Source: Patescibacteria group bacterium
Lineage (GTDB): Bacteria > Patescibacteriota > Minisyncoccia > Phycocordibacterales > SIBU01
Length of the DNA stretch: 42,454 nt
Reading direction: 5' to 3'
Assembly: GCA_038063715.1 (NCBI GenBank)
Contig: JBBTUO010000025.1
Coordinates: 1-42,454, forward strand
The translations under genes were made by a program, and so were the position numbers. Below the pieces are notes generated by a model that made no database searches, was not told the DNA's origin, and saw only the letters and a program-made list of their open reading frames with translations. Positions 38,085 to 42,454 of the stretch are shown here, piece by piece (position 1 is the stretch's first letter; each line of letters starts with the position of its first letter).

Positions 38085-38402
38085 AGTGTTGGGGCCACTT
38101 GCGACAAGCGCAAGCGGCCCCGTAGGGATATTAGATTCTTTTCTCTGTCTGGAAATGTGTCACCCTCCCTTGTTGTCTCCAACGTATCTAAGGGCCAGGG
38201 CAATTAAGTCCTCCTGGCGAAGCAACCCTGTGTGGGGTACAGTCGATATGTTGTAGCGCGGGTGTCCAGAAGCGCGACCTATCGTCCTTTCGGACTTAAG
38301 AGCTCCAACCAATATTTACAGCCATGGTTGTGGTCGCCTGAATGTGTCTTTTTAAGGCTTTTGTGCTTTCATCACCAGACCATCTCCTTTCTGGCTTTTG
38401 CC
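38085..38402 (-). ncRNA. Unassigned large structured RNA candidate
   Basis: No credible ORF; nested helices, two GNRA tetraloops on the minus strand, an 8-nt long-range complement, and a candidate promoter and terminator. Confidence 0.6.
38091..38121 (-). terminator. Terminator-like hairpin closing the candidate ncRNA
   Basis: Minus strand GGGGCCGCTTGCG-CTTGT-CGCAAGTGGCCCC, then AACACTTTT. Confidence 0.6.
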
Positions 38403-38485
38403 AAATGCAGTATATACATTTTTTTGATATCACGCCATGACGAACCTGTGCCAAAAGTCTATTATTTTTTGTTATACTAGTGGCT

Positions 38486-41413
38486 ATGAAATCGCAGAAA
38501 ATCCAAGTTTTTGATGAGTTGTACGCACGCTTAAATAAGCAACAAAAAAAAGCAGTGGACACTATTGATGGTCCAGTGATGGTGATTGCCGGCCCGGGAA
38601 CGGGAAAAACGACTATTTTGACGCTTCGTATTGCTAATATTTTGCGGAAAACCGATACACCTGCGTCGGGTATCTTAGCGATAACATTTACCGATGCGGG
38701 AGTGAAAGCGATGCGCATGAAGCTTCGAGCTGTTATTGGTAGCCGAGCCGACGAGGTCAAGCTCTACACATTCCACGGCTTTGCCGCGAGTATTATTGCA
38801 GAGTTTCCCGATCATTTTACGAGAATCTATCGCTCACAGCAGATGACCGAGATTGAGGCACAGGAATTAGTTCGTGGTATTTTGAAAGATAAAAAATATA
38901 AACAAATTCGTCCCCTCGGTGAGCCTGATTTTTATATTTCTGCGATTCTCAAAACAATTAGTGATGCAAAGCGTGACGCGCTTACTCCCGGGAAGGTGCG
39001 TGATTTTGCGCGTACTGAAGCGAAGCGTTTGGCCGATGATCCGGATTCTCTATCGACCCGCGGAGCGACTAAGGGTCAATTGAGAGCTGATATAAGGAAG
39101 CAGATTGAAAAACTTGAGAAAACCGTTTTGTTCGGAGACATCTATGAGACCTACGAGGAAGAGAAGCGGGCAGACAAAAAAATCGATTTTGATGATTTAA
39201 TTTTTGAACTGTTGCAGGCAATTCGTACCGATGAATTGCTGAAGTCGCTAATCCAGGAAAAATATCTGTACCTTTTGGTGGATGAACACCAAGACACCAA
39301 TGATTCACAAAACGCCATTATCCGCCTTATAGCCAGTTTTTTTGATGAGCCGAATCTCTTTGTGGTGGGTGATGAAAAGCAGGCGATTTACCGATTTCAG
39401 GGCGCTTCGGTTGAAAATTTTCTGCAATTTCAGAGTCTCTGGAAAAATATGCAAACGATTTCGCTTGAGGATAATTATCGTTCTCACCAGCACATTCTGG
39501 ATGCTGGTTTTTCGCTTATCCAGCACAATTATGCCGAGGGCGAACATGCCTCACTTCGGACCAAGCTTAAGGCAGTGGCTGATGAAAAACCTCGTCCAAT
39601 AGAGGTAATTTCAGCGGGCAGTACGGCATCGGCCGATAGGGCACTTGTAGATCGATTGAAAAATTTTGTTGAGCGATGTGAGAAAAATTCCGGCTCCACC
39701 GCAGCGGTTATTGTTCGTCGGAATCGAGATGTTGAGAAGATCGCAACACTTTGTGAAGCACACGGTATCTATGCCGCGTCTGAGCGAGGTATAAATATTT
39801 TCCTTCACCCTGTGGGTGCACTTTTTTTTGAACTACTTCAGTTTTTGCATAATCCGGCGCAGATAGAAAGTTTGGCGGTTACATTGGCCTCTGGTTTGTG
39901 GAATATTGAAATGGGCAAAGTGTCGGAACTTGTTCGTTTAATTAAAACTGGGAGGGAATCAGAGGTGATGAAGGCTATACCAGCTGTTAGCCAGATTCTT
40001 CGGGAAGTAAATCATAAAGGAGGGCTTTCATTTTTGGTGTATGTTGCCGAACAAAGTGGTTTTAAAAATGTGGTTATAAAAAGTCCAGCAAACGCAGAAG
40101 TGTGGCGAGGGATTATTGCGCTTGCATCTGAATTGGCTGGGCGCGACCGGTCTTACGCAGATGACCCACGCAAACTTATCGAAGCCTTGCTTGCATACAA
40201 AGCGACTGCGGAAAATCGGAGTGTGAAAGTGCTATCAGGAACACCCGATGCGCCGATTCGTATTATGACTGCACACGGATCCAAAGGACTTGAGTATGAT
40301 GAAGTGTTTTTACCATACGCGGTAAATGAATCGTGGCTTACTCGTCCGCACTCTGCATCTTTTGTGTTGCCCAACTGCGAGAAAGCAGAGGGAGATGAGC
40401 TAAAAGACGCACGGCGACTTTTTTATGTTGCGTTGACTCGTGCTCGAAAACACGTGACGATTTTGGTGCCACTTGAGGATGCTACAGGAAGGATGTTTAC
40501 CCCGCTTGGATTTGTTGATGAGTTGTCTCCTGCCGATATTGCCCGCAGTCAGGTTCCCGCCGAGGCTATCGATACCTTTGTGCTAGCTAAAACTCGGGGT
40601 GATGAAAAACGACGTGAGGAATTATCTTCGTATGCGAAAACTGTTTTAATTGAGAAGGGACTCTCCGTAACGGCGCTTAACCATTTTATAAAATGCCCGC
40701 AAGAATTTTTGTATAAGAGTATTTTGAAAGTTCCAGAACCGCCGTCGGCTAAATCCGAAGGTGGAAGCGCAATGCATTCGGCAATGGACCTAGTGTGGCG
40801 GACGGTGCGTAGCGATCAGGCTGTCTCTCACATCGATACTGAAATTAAAACCGCCGTCACGGAGTATCTAGCCAGCTCTCTGTTGCCCTCGTTTGAAAAG
40901 GAAGCCATTCGTGAGGAGCTACTCGAAATCGCACCAGTAGTGGCGAAAGCGTTGGGTTCTCATTTTGAGGAACAAGGCGAAGTTCGGACTGAATCGTGGT
41001 TTGAAACTGAGTTTGAGGGCATTCGACTTCACGGGAAGATGGATGCTGTACTTGTGAACGGCGACACAGTGAAGGTTTTTGATTATAAAACAAAACAGGC
41101 GATGTCCCCGGCTGCAATCAAGGGCGAAACGAAATCGAGTAACGGTGATTATTTCCGACAGTTAGTATTTTATTACATGTTGCTCGGTGCGCAGTCGGCG
41201 TATGCTGGCAAACAAATTATGCCGGCGCTTGTGTTCATCAAGCCTGATGATAAAGGGAGATGCCCCATTATTTCTTTGCCGATTACTCAAGCAGATGTTG
41301 TGAACCTGAAAAAAGAGGTTGCGATATTGGTTGAGGCAGTAAAGACAGGGAAATTGATTGATGGTCGTTGTGGCGAGGACGACTGTCAGTGGTGTGGAAT
41401 GTCGGAGTTGTAA
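38486..41413 (+). CDS. UvrD/PcrA-family helicase with a C-terminal PD-(D/E)XK nuclease (AddA/AdnB-like)
   Basis: AGPGTGKT, LVDEHQD, GDEKQAIYRFQGA, MTAHGSKGLEY, LFYVALTRA; nuclease CPQ..GKMD..DYKT..QLVFY..CX4CX2C. Confidence 0.92.
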   Translation: MKSQKIQVFDELYARLNKQQKKAVDTIDGPVMVIAGPGTGKTTILTLRIANILRKTDTPASGILAITFTDAGVKAMRMKLRAVIGSRADEVKLYTFHGFAASIIAEFPDHFTRIYRSQQMTEIEAQELVRGILKDKKYKQIRPLGEPDFYISAILKTISDAKRDALTPGKVRDFARTEAKRLADDPDSLSTRGATKGQLRADIRKQIEKLEKTVLFGDIYETYEEEKRADKKIDFDDLIFELLQAIRTDELLKSLIQEKYLYLLVDEHQDTNDSQNAIIRLIASFFDEPNLFVVGDEKQAIYRFQGASVENFLQFQSLWKNMQTISLEDNYRSHQHILDAGFSLIQHNYAEGEHASLRTKLKAVADEKPRPIEVISAGSTASADRALVDRLKNFVERCEKNSGSTAAVIVRRNRDVEKIATLCEAHGIYAASERGINIFLHPVGALFFELLQFLHNPAQIESLAVTLASGLWNIEMGKVSELVRLIKTGRESEVMKAIPAVSQILREVNHKGGLSFLVYVAEQSGFKNVVIKSPANAEVWRGIIALASELAGRDRSYADDPRKLIEALLAYKATAENRSVKVLSGTPDAPIRIMTAHGSKGLEYDEVFLPYAVNESWLTRPHSASFVLPNCEKAEGDELKDARRLFYVALTRARKHVTILVPLEDATGRMFTPLGFVDELSPADIARSQVPAEAIDTFVLAKTRGDEKRREELSSYAKTVLIEKGLSVTALNHFIKCPQEFLYKSILKVPEPPSAKSEGGSAMHSAMDLVWRTVRSDQAVSHIDTEIKTAVTEYLASSLLPSFEKEAIREELLEIAPVVAKALGSHFEEQGEVRTESWFETEFEGIRLHGKMDAVLVNGDTVKVFDYKTKQAMSPAAIKGETKSSNGDYFRQLVFYYMLLGAQSAYAGKQIMPALVFIKPDDKGRCPIISLPITQADVVNLKKEVAILVEAVKTGKLIDGRCGEDDCQWCGMSEL

Positions 41414-41420
41414 TTAAATG

Positions 41421-41455
41421 GAAAGCCCCGTTCCGCAAAGCGGAACGGGGCTTTC
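41421..41455. terminator. Terminator hairpin related to 37640-37678
   Basis: GAAAGCCCCGTTCCGC-AAA-GCGGAACGGGGCTTTC. Confidence 0.8.
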
Positions 41456-41468
41456 CTCTTAACCTCGA

Positions 41469-41572
41469 CGAGCGAGCGTTGTTTGGGAAAAGCCTAGGGA
41501 GCGCGGCGGCGCGAGCTCGAGGAATTTTTTAGAAAAAAAATATCCGTGCTTTTCTCAAACAATGCGAGCGAG
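41469..41572 (+). other. Structured intergenic element with an 18-bp outer stem and flanking direct repeats
   Basis: GCGTTGTTTGGGAAAAGC (41476-41493) pairs with GCTTTTCTCAAACAATGC (41548-41565) using two G-U pairs; CGAGCGAG on both flanks. Confidence 0.55.
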
Positions 41573-41575
41573 TTT

Positions 41576-42391
41576 TTACTTCCCCGACAAAATCAAATCG
41601 ATAATTTCCTTCATGACAGCGAGTTGAAATGCGCCACCAATGCCAACTTTTTTATTGGTCGAGTCTAGAGTAATGACATTAGGGCTTCCTGGTGGTAGTT
41701 GGTTTAAAATGCTTTGGTTAATCTCACTTAGTCGTTTTGCTGCCGCGGTTGTTATTGGGTTTGTCATTACCAATACAGTATTTGGTGTCCCGCTCACCCC
41801 TGCGGTCAGACCATCTTCGTAATCGGCTTTCACCTTGGCACTGTATTTTCCGCTATCAAGACAAGTTTGGAATTGAGTTACATTTAAACCGACCTGGCCA
41901 GCAATCTTTGGTAGTTGGGTAAGGTCGAGACCGTTATTTGATGGTGTTACGGATAGCAATTTATTTATGTAAGCCCAGAATTTTTCATTACCACCAAGTT
42001 CTAATGCACATTCGGACGCCTCGGCTTCCGTAAATGCCTTTGGATGAATATCGAGTGGGAAGTGGCGATAAACCCAAGCTACATTGCCAGTTTTTCCATA
42101 CTGATCAATGAGCGTTTGCATTGTTGTGTGGAAACTTTTGCAGAACGGACACTCTAGGTCTGAGAATTCCACCATTACTATTTTTGCATTTGGGTTGCCA
42201 AGTATATGATCGTCTGCGGTCACATCTCGAAGTGTCAGGTTTTCTGTGATAGAGGTGTTTGTGGCTTGTGCGGGTTCTTTAAACACATTTTTTGCTGGTC
42301 CACCGTTTGATAGTAAAACAGCTCCGCCTATGATAACGCCGGCTATAATGATTGAAACTGGTACTGTTAAAATATTTTTTTGTGGCTCCAT
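41576..42391 (-). CDS. Membrane-anchored DsbA-family thiol-disulfide oxidoreductase
   Basis: TM anchor, GNPNAK..MVEFSDLECPFCK, YRHFPL..H, GVSGTP. Confidence 0.9.
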   Translation of the reverse strand: MEPQKNILTVPVSIIIAGVIIGGAVLLSNGGPAKNVFKEPAQATNTSITENLTLRDVTADDHILGNPNAKIVMVEFSDLECPFCKSFHTTMQTLIDQYGKTGNVAWVYRHFPLDIHPKAFTEAEASECALELGGNEKFWAYINKLLSVTPSNNGLDLTQLPKIAGQVGLNVTQFQTCLDSGKYSAKVKADYEDGLTAGVSGTPNTVLVMTNPITTAAAKRLSEINQSILNQLPPGSPNVITLDSTNKKVGIGGAFQLAVMKEIIDLILSGK

Positions 42392-42454
42392 AAGTATTTA
42401 AAATTATTATTTCACCCATTCTAGCATAAACAAATAAGAAAAGGCGCCGCGATG

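Noticed and set aside
38278-38303. Hammerhead ribozyme look-alike (minus strand CUCUUAA-GUCCGAAAGGAC-GAUA)
   Set aside because: The stem II sequence is hammerhead-like, but the catalytic core CUGANGA and GAAA are not present
38085-38402. tmRNA, RNase P or SRP identity for the structured RNA
   Set aside because: No tRNA-like T-arm or CCA end, no GAGGAAAGUCC / ACAGAA..CGGCUUA context, and no SRP domain IV motif; a divergent member cannot be excluded without cmscan
38232-38760. ORFs 38232-38480 (+) and 38296-38760 (-)
   Set aside because: No recognisable motifs; one is an antisense shadow of the helicase and both overlap the structured RNA candidate
1-42454. Alternative genetic code (UGA=Gly), inteins or introns in core genes, prophage, transposases
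   Set aside because: Core genes are full length in the standard code and smc, dnaG and aroD end at TGA; no large insertions, phage genes or transposase genes were recognised

Overview
A gene-dense window of mostly housekeeping genes from a bacterial chromosome. It is most consistent with a Patescibacteria/CPR (Parcubacteria-like) genome using the standard code. That assignment is an inference from the compact rpoB/rpoC, the short SMC, the NusB-NUDIX fusion, few obvious Shine-Dalgarno motifs and isolated fragments of biosynthetic pathways. Core genes: dnaE, rnhB, rpmF, nusB, rnc, smc-like, rnr, rpsP, khpA, trmD, metK (with a SAM-I riboswitch), a cyclophilin, rpoB-rpoC-dnaG-rpoD, a UvrD/AddA-like helicase-nuclease and a DsbA-family protein. 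Accessory genes: an ECF sigma/anti-sigma pair divergent from a secreted FN3 protein, a RecB-family nuclease, an APH-like kinase, orphan aroD and purH-N-domain genes, a DpnI-family endonuclease, an HD hydrolase and a stand-alone alpha-CTD-like protein. The most interesting signals are non-coding: (1) an unassigned ~300-nt multi-stem RNA candidate with a putative promoter and terminator (38085-38402, minus); (2) 7-bp-periodic arrays at gene boundaries, with two homologous inverted copies bracketing nusB and one array inside trmD; (3) a twice-occurring GTAAG-N16-CGT ECF-type promoter; (4) a boxA-like site just before nusB; (5) rod-shaped inserts flanked by direct repeats, and long perfect palindromes. 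No CRISPR array, tRNA, rRNA or transposase was seen. All calls were made by eye, without database searches.
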